Made by a program: the position numbers and the translations under genes
Sequence record: KF669658.1
Source of the DNA: Acinetobacter phage Presley
Direction: 5' to 3' (one strand)
Length of the DNA: 64,000 bases
Part shown: piece after piece, positions 47,052 to 56,684 of the stretch
How positions within the stretch are numbered: the first letter of the stretch is position 1
Layout: the number at the start of each line of letters is the position of its first letter
The notes under the pieces: model-generated
Database searches by the model: none
What the model was told of the DNA's origin: nothing
Seen by the model: only the letters and a program-made list of their open reading frames with translations

Positions 47052-47072
47052 CTATCCTATCAGATACTGATT

Positions 47073-48872
47073 TTATTTATGAAATGGATTGTCAACCTTA
47101 CCTATAGCTTTACCCTTCTTCTTAGCCCACTCAGGATCAAATAGAGCGTATAAAGACTGTTTAGGTATAGCACTTGGAGGTAAACCTGCATCAGTTAATA
47201 CTTTGTTTACAAAGCTATCTAATAACGCTGTACGCTTAGCATCAATATTTGCTTGTGCAAGCTTACGATCTTCAAGAATGGTTTCATTAATCTTTTCATT
47301 AATATCCCCAGGATTCTTGTAGAACAATCCTTGGTTAGCCTTGGTATAAGACATCATGTTATCCAGTACCTTTAATTTCTTAGAGGTAGGTAACTTTTTA
47401 AACTCAGCGTTCTTTTGAGCAATGTTATAAACATCATCCGCATCTGTAGCATTGAATAAACGTGTTACAGAATTAGAATTATTTTTAGCATTGCGATTAT
47501 CATATAGCCATTGGTCTAATGTCTTCTGACCTGACATTGGAGATTCAGGGCCAGACTCTACAGTCCCTAGCTTACTTAAAGCAGTTTTATATTCAGTCTG
47601 TGCAGCAGCTACTACCTTAGCATTAAGTGGGATACCCAATGCCTGACTAACTGAATTTGTTTTGGCTACTGTAGTTTTACTAGGTGTTGTTGCAGCAGGA
47701 CTACCTTGTACAAAGTCTTTCATCTTAGTACCTGACATTGACTGCCAGTTACTACCTAAAATTTGAGGAACATAGTTCTGTGTTTCTTTAGGTAAATAAG
47801 ATAAGAAGCTACCTCCTTTTTCTTTGGCTGTAGCTACTGCTTTTTGTACTTTACCCGGACCTGCATTATAAGCAGCTACCGATTCAGGAACTGAGAAACC
47901 ATGTGCTTTACCAATACGACTGATATACTCAGTAGCCCATGCTTTCTGTTGTTCTGCCGTAGTGTTATGAAGATCAATAGGCTTCATTCCATAACCCGGT
48001 TTAGCAGCAGTAGCAGGCATAATCTGTGCTACACCTAATGCACCTCTAGGTGATTTAAGTAAGTTACCGTCAGCAGTTCGATGTGTTTGATTAGGCCCCG
48101 ACTCTGCAGAAAATAAATTACCCATCAATGAACTAAATGCATCAATACGAGTTGGGTTAGTAACCGTCTCATATTTGAAGTCACCAGTAGTAGGGTCATA
48201 AACTACTTTCTGTTCAGTAGTACCCGCATTAGGGAATAGAGAACCAGTAAGTGAAGCTGCAGTAGATAGATCAGCACGTTTATCAGAATTCAACTGTAGT
48301 TGATAGTTCTGATTCCAATGCTTCTCTTGTAATGCATCTTGTACTTTCTGACGTTCTTGTTGAGCAGCATAACGCTTGTCATCAGTTAAGGTGTTATACA
48401 GTGGCATAGCATTACTATGTATTTGCCCTAACAATGCCTGAGCTTCACCTGTCTTACCTGCAGCAGATAATTGCAATGCTTGGTTAATGATTCCACGGTC
48501 AGCGATCTGAGCCTGTTGTTCATCATAACTAAGTTGATTCTGTTGTAGATTAAGCGATGCATTAGCACGATTAGTTAATGTGTCCTGTTGTGCACCTAAT
48601 GCTTGTAATACTTTAAGCTGATCTACGCCACGGCCTTGTGCTGCTACCGCATCCGCTATAGCAGTACGGCCTGTCGCTAGATCCTCTAAGTTAGTGAGTG
48701 CTGCAATCTTAGCTAAAGCATCAGTAGTGTTCTGATCACGAATATCACTACCATACCCTAATAATGCTTTACCAATTGCACCTACGCCACCAAGTATTCC
48801 TGCATTGGCACTATCCAAGAAGGAAGCATTAACTGGCGCAGCTTGTAACGGTTGCCAATCAATACGAGCCAT
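47073..48872 (-). CDS. internal virion protein with soluble lytic transglycosylase (SLT) domain
   Basis: SAESG (catalytic Glu-Ser), GALGVAQIMPATAA and AAYNAGPGKV SLT family-1 signature motifs. Q/A-rich N-terminal half. Confidence 0.7.
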   Translation of the reverse strand: MARIDWQPLQAAPVNASFLDSANAGILGGVGAIGKALLGYGSDIRDQNTTDALAKIAALTNLEDLATGRTAIADAVAAQGRGVDQLKVLQALGAQQDTLTNRANASLNLQQNQLSYDEQQAQIADRGIINQALQLSAAGKTGEAQALLGQIHSNAMPLYNTLTDDKRYAAQQERQKVQDALQEKHWNQNYQLQLNSDKRADLSTAASLTGSLFPNAGTTEQKVVYDPTTGDFKYETVTNPTRIDAFSSLMGNLFSAESGPNQTHRTADGNLLKSPRGALGVAQIMPATAAKPGYGMKPIDLHNTTAEQQKAWATEYISRIGKAHGFSVPESVAAYNAGPGKVQKAVATAKEKGGSFLSYLPKETQNYVPQILGSNWQSMSGTKMKDFVQGSPAATTPSKTTVAKTNSVSQALGIPLNAKVVAAAQTEYKTALSKLGTVESGPESPMSGQKTLDQWLYDNRNAKNNSNSVTRLFNATDADDVYNIAQKNAEFKKLPTSKKLKVLDNMMSYTKANQGLFYKNPGDINEKINETILEDRKLAQANIDAKRTALLDSFVNKVLTDAGLPPSAIPKQSLYALFDPEWAKKKGKAIGKVDNPFHK

Positions 48873-48875
48873 ATC

Positions 48876-49436
48876 TTATACTCCGTATTTCTTCATATAT
48901 TCATCAACACCCATATAACTAGAATTACTAGCTACACGTGCACGTTGACGATCTGCTAATTGTGAATTAACCATCTGACGTTGATTCTGATAGTTACGTT
49001 CATTGGTTTGCTCTTGGTTCTTGAACTGCTTCTCTAAAAGGTTCATAGATCTATTACCCTGGTAGAAAGAGAATAAACCATTAGCCAAACCAACACCTAA
49101 ACCTAATAAGGCTTGATTATTAGCAGACCAGTCACCAAACTTTTTCATACCCCCCATGAATCCACCTGTATCAGCAGTAACACCACTTAAAGTAGATCCT
49201 GGGGTAACATTACCATTAGGTGATAAACCCGCAGACTGCATATAGTTACCAGTTATATAATCACTAATAGAAGGCATCCCACTATTGTAAGAAGTGGATA
49301 CCCCTAAAGGCGTGAGTGAACTTTTTAACATACCGAAATTGGGGGCAGTTAATCCCATATTCGGTGCATAGGCAGTAGGGTTCCCTGCCCAATCAAACAT
49401 CTCAGCCATGTTGTTATTCCTCTTTGGTTGATTCAC
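48876..49436 (-). CDS. virion structural protein, Gly/Asn/Ser-rich
   Basis: Position within the late operon. Low-complexity composition. Confidence 0.5.
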   Translation of the reverse strand: MNQPKRNNNMAEMFDWAGNPTAYAPNMGLTAPNFGMLKSSLTPLGVSTSYNSGMPSISDYITGNYMQSAGLSPNGNVTPGSTLSGVTADTGGFMGGMKKFGDWSANNQALLGLGVGLANGLFSFYQGNRSMNLLEKQFKNQEQTNERNYQNQRQMVNSQLADRQRARVASNSSYMGVDEYMKKYGV

Positions 49437-51813
49437 GCATAAAGTCTTGGAAGGTAGGTATGTTAATAGCCATATCTACATAGTTACCCGGCAAGGATTG
49501 TACCATCATGGACATATCCACACCTGCCTTAGTTCTATCGATATAGTCTGCAGGAAATTCACCCATACGTATATCCATAGATGAAGGTACATTAGCCATA
49601 AGGAAATAGTCAGATTTAATATCTGTGATACCTAGATCCTTAATACGGTCTTTCAATTCTTGCATCTTGGCTTTAAATGAATCAGCAGATTCGTTGATTG
49701 CTTTAATTACATTTAATGCCTGTAGTTTCATACCTTCACTGCTAATCTGGAATGATGTATTAGCTACTGTTAATAATTGCTGTGCTGTAATTCCTGCTAC
49801 ACCTACGGTATCTGATAAGGCAATATATCCACCATAGATAATAGCCACTACAGCAATTACAGCGAATACAATTCCCACATCGATATGTAATACATTAACT
49901 AGAAATTTAGCCACAAGCGTTACAGCAACACTAATTACTACCGCTTGGGCTACTGCATATAAGACGGCATACAAGGTCATACCCTGTCCCCCTGTAAATA
50001 GGGATACCACCACAGCTACAATAAACATGATTACTTTGAATATACCTGTCTGATACCACTTCTGTTTAACTACCTGTACGGTATGCAACATGATAATAAG
50101 AGACTTGCAGTAGAGATCATTCTTTTCACGACTATTGAAGGTATCTAGTACAGAAATATCAAAAGGTACAATTAAATTATCATCCCCACCTGCAGATACT
50201 GTTGTATACCCTCCTTCAACATATTGAGTAGTAGATAAACCATATACTCGAATCTCACGATACACGTTAGGGGTAAGCTGCTTTCTAAAGTAGTGTACAT
50301 CTACAGTAGAAATACCACGAAAGAATCCACGATTATTCATTACTACAATCTTATCTCTATCGTGTTTAGTAGTACCTACTGTTCCAATGGAACCTAAAAT
50401 ATCTTCATAACCAATAGAGTTGAATGTAAGAGACTGTTGATAAACCTCATCCTTAACCAGAATAGTTTGACCTACTTTGGCTGCACCAGATAAGTAATCT
50501 TTTTTCAAGGTACTGTAATCAGTATCAGCAAATGTATCCGGCATACTGTTATACATAGCCATAAAGTATTCATATAAGTATTCACGTGTTAGTGCATCAT
50601 TATCATCATTTACTTTAATAGCTGTGGTCATAAGGATCTGACGTACATATTGCAATGAACCAATCTGTTTATGTAGTTCAGTTACCCAATTGTCATAGTT
50701 AAGTTCTAATCGTCTGGCTATTTGTTTAGATGTTTTAAATCTGTCAGTGTCTTTTAGATCATCATCATTTAACTTACGGCCATCTAATCGTGCATAGATA
50801 TTAGGTAAGTATTCACCTATCTTTTGATCAGCATGGAATAAGCGATCTAATACTTGGATAACGCCACTACCATACTCATAGGTAAATAATGTAGTACCTT
50901 TACTGCCATCAGCAAGTTCATAGTCATAACAGGCTTGATAGTAATCCTTAGATTCAAAGATATCCCTTACCGGATTAGATACCCGGTTAGGATCGAGATC
51001 ACCTGTATTAGATTCATCCAATCCATCAGAAGGTGTTTTACCTGAGTATTCATAATCCAAGAAATTTTCGGTGAATGTGAATACCTGTTCTTTACCTAGC
51101 GTATCTTTATAGGATACATAGATTACAGCATAGTCATGATCAGCAGATACTTCTTCTGCCCATTGGGTATGTTTACGTTTACGATCTTCTGTACGGAAGT
51201 CAGTGTATCCAGAAGTAGCAGCATATCCATACTGTACTAATGAATCTGGATCGATCACTTCTTTAACTGTATTAGAACAATAGACGATCTGTGCATCTTG
51301 TAGATAACATTTAAAACCTTTCTGCTGTGTTAATACGGTAAGCTCATTAGTCTTAATATCAAAACCATAAGCAGAAGTTAGTATCTCTAATAGGAAGTGG
51401 TAGTTATTCACTGGCCCAAAGATAGCGTACTGCATCTTGATTGTTGCATTGGTTTTAGAAGCCAAGTAATCAATTAATGCCTGCTTAACATCTACACCTT
51501 CTTTAATCAGTAGATCCGCTTTAGGTAAACCATAAGCATATTTATTCTTTGCATAGTTACGTGCACTACGCATCTTCATTGATAAGCTATTGTTTACTTC
51601 TTTGTTGTATATCTCACTAATAGACATACGTTCAGTACGTACTGATATCTCTTGGTTAGAGAGAACATATTCCATAGCTGCAGTCTTACCTAAGTCTGGA
51701 ATATCTTTGTCTTCAACCATTCGAGTAATGGACGTATTAACGTAAGTCTTTTTCTTTTTACTAAATAAACCCATAGTTATATCCAAAAGAAAAGGGGACT
51801 CAATGTCCCCCAT
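49414..51813 (-). CDS. large virion protein with internal multi-TM region (start may be 51774)
   Basis: Hydrophobic block IFKVIMFIVAVVVSLF...VISVAVTLVAKFLVNVL...IVFAVIAVVAIIYGGYIAL. The annotated N-terminus overlaps the terminator hairpin at 51794-51810. Confidence 0.55.
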   Translation of the reverse strand: MGDIESPFLLDITMGLFSKKKKTYVNTSITRMVEDKDIPDLGKTAAMEYVLSNQEISVRTERMSISEIYNKEVNNSLSMKMRSARNYAKNKYAYGLPKADLLIKEGVDVKQALIDYLASKTNATIKMQYAIFGPVNNYHFLLEILTSAYGFDIKTNELTVLTQQKGFKCYLQDAQIVYCSNTVKEVIDPDSLVQYGYAATSGYTDFRTEDRKRKHTQWAEEVSADHDYAVIYVSYKDTLGKEQVFTFTENFLDYEYSGKTPSDGLDESNTGDLDPNRVSNPVRDIFESKDYYQACYDYELADGSKGTTLFTYEYGSGVIQVLDRLFHADQKIGEYLPNIYARLDGRKLNDDDLKDTDRFKTSKQIARRLELNYDNWVTELHKQIGSLQYVRQILMTTAIKVNDDNDALTREYLYEYFMAMYNSMPDTFADTDYSTLKKDYLSGAAKVGQTILVKDEVYQQSLTFNSIGYEDILGSIGTVGTTKHDRDKIVVMNNRGFFRGISTVDVHYFRKQLTPNVYREIRVYGLSTTQYVEGGYTTVSAGGDDNLIVPFDISVLDTFNSREKNDLYCKSLIIMLHTVQVVKQKWYQTGIFKVIMFIVAVVVSLFTGGQGMTLYAVLYAVAQAVVISVAVTLVAKFLVNVLHIDVGIVFAVIAVVAIIYGGYIALSDTVGVAGITAQQLLTVANTSFQISSEGMKLQALNVIKAINESADSFKAKMQELKDRIKDLGITDIKSDYFLMANVPSSMDIRMGEFPADYIDRTKAGVDMSMMVQSLPGNYVDMAINIPTFQDFMRESTKEE
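51785..51810 (-). terminator. intrinsic terminator (GGGGAC-auuga-GUCCCC + UUUUCUUUU)
   Basis: Directly after the stop of the 570-aa repeat protein gene. Overlaps codons 2-9 of the track-predicted downstream ORF. Confidence 0.55.
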
Positions 51814-51827
51814 TCTATACGTAGTGT

Positions 51828-53540
51828 TTAGGCACTGGTACTAGGATCTACCCCAATACCTTTAAGTAAAGCAGCCATTGCATTACCAACGTTCTTATCT
51901 TGAAGTAAGTTAGTAATGTTAGCTTCTGTACCTTCATCCGTTTGACGGCGAATAATCCATGAATCTAAATAAAGCTTAGCAACCTTCTGTTCAGCATCTC
52001 GTAAGAATGCGTCTCGTTGGTTACGTAGTACATCTTTATTTAAACCAAGTACAGAATCAGGTTCTGCAGCATCTGCTATTGTCTGAGCTTTCTCAGTAAT
52101 AGTCTTCTGTGCATACAACGCAGTTTGTGCATCAGTAGAACGCATGTTAGCCATTAAGGCTTCAAGCTCTTTCTGACGTAATGCAAGGTTAGCTTTACTG
52201 ATTTCCAATTCCTGTTTCTGGATATCTAACTGACCTGCTTTAATCTCAAAGTCTTTTTCAAGGATGAGATTCTGTTTAGTCATGTTAGCAATCTGAGCTT
52301 GGATGTATTGGATTTCATTTGGAACCTTGGTTGTCTGTGCTTCAACTTGAGCAGCTTGGGCTACAGTCAATAAAGATTCTTTAGCAATACGCTCACCTTG
52401 TTTAATCAGGTTCTCTACTTCAATTGGTAAACGTGTAGATGTTTCAGCTTCTACCTGTGCAGCTTGTGCTGTAGCTAAACGATTAGCTGCATCACTACGG
52501 GCTGCTTCTTTATCCAAGAGAATAATCTCTTTAGGAACCTTGGTAGATTGAAGTGCTACTTGCTCAGCTTGCTTATTAGTGAGTTCAGTCTGTGCTGTGA
52601 TTTGAATAGCTTGTTTCTCAAGTACATTCAATTCAGCAGGGATCTTCGCTAACTCTTGAGTAATCTGATCAGTGCGTTTATTGGTTAAAAGAGTATCAGC
52701 AGTAACCTGTGCTACTTGTTTATCAACTAACTGGATCTGATGAGGGATCATAGTCATTTGTTCAACTACTTCCTCAGTCTTCTTATCAGTAAGGTTAGTG
52801 TTAGCCTTTAACTGTAAGAGTTCTTGTGGAAGCATTTCAGTAGTACGGAACTTAGCTTCTGTTACTTGTTCAGTAATTAATTCACCTTGCTTACCAACGT
52901 TCACTGTTTCTGCAGTTACTTGTGATGTACGTGCTTCGGTTAATGCTTTCTCAGAAGTAAGATTATCTGTTTGCTGTGTTACTTGTCCTTTATTGGCTAC
53001 AGTTAAATCAGTCTGAGCTTTAAGGTTAAGAAGTTGCTGTGGTAATACCTGTTCTACATTGAACTTAGATTCTAAGATCTGTTGATCAGCTAACTCACCT
53101 TGTTTAGTAAGGTTAGCAATCTCTGCAGGGATACGATCAGAAGTAATTAACTTGGTTTGTTCAGTTTCTGCATTAACACGTTCAGTAGTCGCTTTAATGT
53201 TTTCAATTTCAACTGGAACTTTAGTAAGTAATAAATCAATCTGACGGATCTGTGCATCAGTCAACTTACCTTCTAATTCAAGATTATTAATCTCAAATGG
53301 AAGTTTATGACGAGCCAATGCATAACTGGTAGCAGCCGTTAAAGATGCGGTGTACAACTCTACAAAAGCAGAAGCGTATTCAGTTCCCCGAATACGCTCA
53401 TCATCAAACTGCTCTTTTAGGTGTACCTTTAGAGTTTTGAGTAATACATCTAATACCCCTGTACCTTCTAACGTTCCGGTAGTCAGTTCAGTGATATCAA
53501 ATGGCTTTATCTCAATATCCGGTGGAATAACCTGAGCCAT
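51828..53540 (-). CDS. virion coiled-coil protein built from ~10 tandem ~35-aa repeats ([KR][IV]P.E[IL]..L.KQ...)
   Basis: Repeating KVPVEIENI / RIPAEIANL / LPQELLQLK / IPHQIQLVDK / IPAELNVLEK / VPKEIILLDK / LPIEVENLIK / VPNEIQYIQA units. Q/T/E-rich. Confidence 0.55.
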   Translation of the reverse strand: MAQVIPPDIEIKPFDITELTTGTLEGTGVLDVLLKTLKVHLKEQFDDERIRGTEYASAFVELYTASLTAATSYALARHKLPFEINNLELEGKLTDAQIRQIDLLLTKVPVEIENIKATTERVNAETEQTKLITSDRIPAEIANLTKQGELADQQILESKFNVEQVLPQQLLNLKAQTDLTVANKGQVTQQTDNLTSEKALTEARTSQVTAETVNVGKQGELITEQVTEAKFRTTEMLPQELLQLKANTNLTDKKTEEVVEQMTMIPHQIQLVDKQVAQVTADTLLTNKRTDQITQELAKIPAELNVLEKQAIQITAQTELTNKQAEQVALQSTKVPKEIILLDKEAARSDAANRLATAQAAQVEAETSTRLPIEVENLIKQGERIAKESLLTVAQAAQVEAQTTKVPNEIQYIQAQIANMTKQNLILEKDFEIKAGQLDIQKQELEISKANLALRQKELEALMANMRSTDAQTALYAQKTITEKAQTIADAAEPDSVLGLNKDVLRNQRDAFLRDAEQKVAKLYLDSWIIRRQTDEGTEANITNLLQDKNVGNAMAALLKGIGVDPSTSA

Positions 53541-53543
53541 TTA

Positions 53544-54164
53544 TTAGTCCTCGTAATCAGCACTACCTGAACGTGCACGTTGATCACGGGCAAGATCTTT
53601 TAGTTCTTGTTCAGTTAAGTCAGGAAGTATCTGAATAGTATATGCAGGTGCAAGACGGTGTTTATTAATCTCACGCCCTTTACTATCAGTTACTGTGTAA
53701 TGGGCCATGTATTTACGATCACGTAAGATCTTATAAAGAATCTCAGGAATGTGATAACCCGCTTCAACATTAAATGGCACGTATTTAGAAATAGTACCAA
53801 TTAAACTATTACCACCAGTTACGATCTCACCTTCAAGCTGTGCACGTAAAGGGTCCATAGGAGATACAATTACACGTACTAACTTCATTGCATCACGGCG
53901 TTTAGCCGCTGCTAGTTCTGCTGTACTAAGTGGTTTGGCTTGACGTTGTTCCAATGCTTCTTCTGCATTTTGACCATTAATTTTATCTTCAATCTTTTTG
54001 GCTAAGGTGTCTTCACCAATGTTAGGTGAATATGTAATACCTAATTGAGTAGCACGTTCTTTTAAGATTTCAAGTCGAGACTTCTTTGGAACCTCTGGAA
54101 CTTTAAAATCGTCAAGGTCATCGTGGTTATCAGTTAAGTTAGTGTTGTCAGTAATCTTAGTCAT
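53544..54164 (-). CDS. virion structural protein (ATG 54164; track TTG 54227 lies in a terminator)
   Basis: The TTG pseudo-start overlaps the MCP terminator hairpin. First ATG is MTKITDN. Confidence 0.45.
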   Translation of the reverse strand: MTKITDNTNLTDNHDDLDDFKVPEVPKKSRLEILKERATQLGITYSPNIGEDTLAKKIEDKINGQNAEEALEQRQAKPLSTAELAAAKRRDAMKLVRVIVSPMDPLRAQLEGEIVTGGNSLIGTISKYVPFNVEAGYHIPEILYKILRDRKYMAHYTVTDSKGREINKHRLAPAYTIQILPDLTEQELKDLARDQRARSGSADYED

Positions 54165-54185
54165 TTGAGATTCCAGTTTATTAAG

Positions 54186-54214
54186 TAAAAGAAAAGGGGA
54201 GTAATTAACTCCCC
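54186..54214 (-). terminator. strong intrinsic terminator after the capsid gene (GGGGAGU-uaauu-ACUCCCC + UUUUCUUUU)
   Basis: 7-bp GC stem 20 nt after the putative MCP stop. The U-run is on the minus transcript. Confidence 0.7.
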
Positions 54215-54234
54215 TTATATACCACAATTAAATA

Positions 54235-55401
54235 TTAAAGTGGTAATGCAGTTTTAATTAAGGCAATACGTTCTGGACGTAAAACCATAAAGCCATAGTA
54301 CCATTTGATTGACATGAAACCACGTTCACCAAATGGATCATCCGCATTAGCAGTCGCTTCACCCGGCTTCTTATGGTAGATAACAAACTTAGTTGATTTA
54401 CCAGAAGTTTGGAAACCAATAGTAGTGAATGATTCAGAACCAACCACTAACATTGGGAAGATGTCAGCTTTACCATCAGTAGTATGGATAGCTTTGTCAT
54501 CGCCAACTGCTTTACCTTTACCTGCCCACTTCATCATTTCAGGAACAATGATGATACGGAATTGGTCAATAGTACCAACTTCACCACGAAGGATTTCACC
54601 ACCGTTAGCATACTGCTCTACAGAGATAAACGCTTTTTCACCATGGTAATCTTTCATCTTGCGAAGATGTTGGATAACTTCTGATCCTGCATACATTACG
54701 CGAGCAGCGTTAATAGTACGGGTATCCACCATACGAGAACCAGAAATGATCTTCGTATTTTTAGGGGTACGGTTGTTATCCAAAGTAACAGATAAGCGTG
54801 CAAAGTCTTCATACTTAACTAATGAAGTCTCATCCACTTCTGCTTCTTCTGTAGCAGCACCACCATATACAACAACACCTGCAGAGTTAATCAAGTCGAT
54901 CTGTAAAAGATCTTCTGTAATTTCATTGGCTGCATTTACCATTGATTTAGTTACTTGCGCTTCTAAATCTTCTTCGGTATCGAAGTCCATTGACTCTTGT
55001 GTGTAGTCAGTGAAGTAACCATACTTCTGGAAAGTACCTTTAATTGTTTTACGTGTGAAGCCAACACGGTTTACACGACCACCTACTTCGGATACTAAAG
55101 GCATCTTCGCAGTGATAGTACCGATGTCTTTAGACGAACCGTATAAGTTACCGTCTTTAATTTTTTTACCAGTAGCATCGATACCCTGGTCATTGATGTT
55201 ACGATCATCAAGCAATGGAATATGAACATAACGTTCAATCATCTTACCTGAGTTCTTCGGCATTGCAGTTACGTCTGCAAGCTGAGTGAAGTATTGTTCT
55301 TTAACTGCTTCTTCCAAAGCAGACTTCATATAGTACGCTTTTTTAAGTTGCGGACCATGTGAACTTGGTTTGCCATTAGCAGGGTCGTTATAAATACGCA
55401 T
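54235..55401 (-). CDS. putative major capsid protein (388 aa)
   Basis: Size and position: downstream of portal and acidic scaffold-like protein, followed by the strongest terminator of the operon. No motif-level proof. Confidence 0.5.
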   Translation of the reverse strand: MRIYNDPANGKPSSHGPQLKKAYYMKSALEEAVKEQYFTQLADVTAMPKNSGKMIERYVHIPLLDDRNINDQGIDATGKKIKDGNLYGSSKDIGTITAKMPLVSEVGGRVNRVGFTRKTIKGTFQKYGYFTDYTQESMDFDTEEDLEAQVTKSMVNAANEITEDLLQIDLINSAGVVVYGGAATEEAEVDETSLVKYEDFARLSVTLDNNRTPKNTKIISGSRMVDTRTINAARVMYAGSEVIQHLRKMKDYHGEKAFISVEQYANGGEILRGEVGTIDQFRIIIVPEMMKWAGKGKAVGDDKAIHTTDGKADIFPMLVVGSESFTTIGFQTSGKSTKFVIYHKKPGEATANADDPFGERGFMSIKWYYGFMVLRPERIALIKTALPL

Positions 55402-55416
55402 AGTGTCTCTTACCTA

Positions 55417-56679
55417 TTACAAATACTTTGGATTAACTTTAGCAAATTCCTCTGCAGACATACTCAAGATATCTTCTTCTGTCAACTTTGGTTTAGCTTC
55501 TTGTGCTTGAGAGCGTGGTGTACGAGACATACTAGCAGCTTTTTTAGCGGCTTCAAGACTTTCCTTCTGCTGTTTCATAGCTTTAGGTTTATTCGGTGCG
55601 TGTTGTTGCTGTTGTTGATTAGCTTGTTGTTGTGCTTGGGCTTCACCTTGATTTTGCTGTGCAGCAGCAAACATTGCACGACCGATATCATCATAAGCTT
55701 GTAAGGCGTTACTTTGTATTTTGCCTAGTGCTTGCTGTTGTTGTAGCACTGGAATGATTTGATCAAAGATGCCTGACTTCTTATGTTCAATAAGCATACG
55801 AATCATTGAAGGGTTCTTTTGTAATAACTCACGTGCACCAATATCCCAACGAGTAATTTCACCCAATACAACTGCAAAGTCTTCATCACCTTCATACTCT
55901 TGGTCGATGGCTGCCATCTCTGCACGTTGTGGGCTAAGGTCTAATTGAGTAGGCACATAAGCATTTGCCTTTTCTTCATTCAAGTCATAGGTATCAATCT
56001 TTGACTCTTGAACAAGTTTAGCAATTGCTTCTGGTTTTTTATTTTTTAAATCTACAAGGTAACTAATAGAACTTGCATCAGTTAAACCGTGTTCTTTTAA
56101 GACTTCGATTAAACCAAAGTAAGGTTTAATAGCTGCCATCTTCTGATTGTAGTTAAGACCTTTCTGCATCAAGCTAATAATGTCAGCAGGATCATTGATA
56201 GTGAATGTACGACCATTTGCTTTGAATTCAGAAGTAACCACGTCAAAGAATGATTTGTATTTGGCTGCATCTTCTGCAGAGATTACATCATCTTTCTTTT
56301 CTGTTTGTTCTTCTGTTTTCTTCTTCGATTCATCAGTCTCAGGATCTTGATCGTTGTTATCAGATTCTGCATTACCTTCATCGTTCGCTTGATCGTCTTC
56401 TTGACTATCATCGTCTGCACCTTCATTGCCTTGATCATCTTGATCTTGGTGATCGCCGTTGTCTTCGTCAGATTCGCCTTGCTCATCTTCCTTGTCACCT
56501 TGATCACCTTCGTCACTATCAAAATCATTGTCATCTTGTTCTGACTGTTGTTGTGGATCTTGGTTCGATTGAGCTAGTTCTTCTGCTTCTGCAGCTTCTA
56601 AATCAGATGGATTAACTTGTGCTAATTCTTCTGGTGACATGTCCATAATTGCTTCGAATGTAAGTTTATTAACAGTCAT
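55417..56679 (-). CDS. acidic scaffold-like protein (420 aa)
   Basis: About 90-aa poly-D/E/Q/N tract, Q-rich helix-like C-terminal half, located between portal and capsid genes. N- and C-termini share an IMDMSPEELAQVNPSDL / ILSMSAEEFAKVNPKYL motif. Confidence 0.45.
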   Translation of the reverse strand: MTVNKLTFEAIMDMSPEELAQVNPSDLEAAEAEELAQSNQDPQQQSEQDDNDFDSDEGDQGDKEDEQGESDEDNGDHQDQDDQGNEGADDDSQEDDQANDEGNAESDNNDQDPETDESKKKTEEQTEKKDDVISAEDAAKYKSFFDVVTSEFKANGRTFTINDPADIISLMQKGLNYNQKMAAIKPYFGLIEVLKEHGLTDASSISYLVDLKNKKPEAIAKLVQESKIDTYDLNEEKANAYVPTQLDLSPQRAEMAAIDQEYEGDEDFAVVLGEITRWDIGARELLQKNPSMIRMLIEHKKSGIFDQIIPVLQQQQALGKIQSNALQAYDDIGRAMFAAAQQNQGEAQAQQQANQQQQQHAPNKPKAMKQQKESLEAAKKAASMSRTPRSQAQEAKPKLTEEDILSMSAEEFAKVNPKYL

Positions 56680-56684
56680 TTAGT

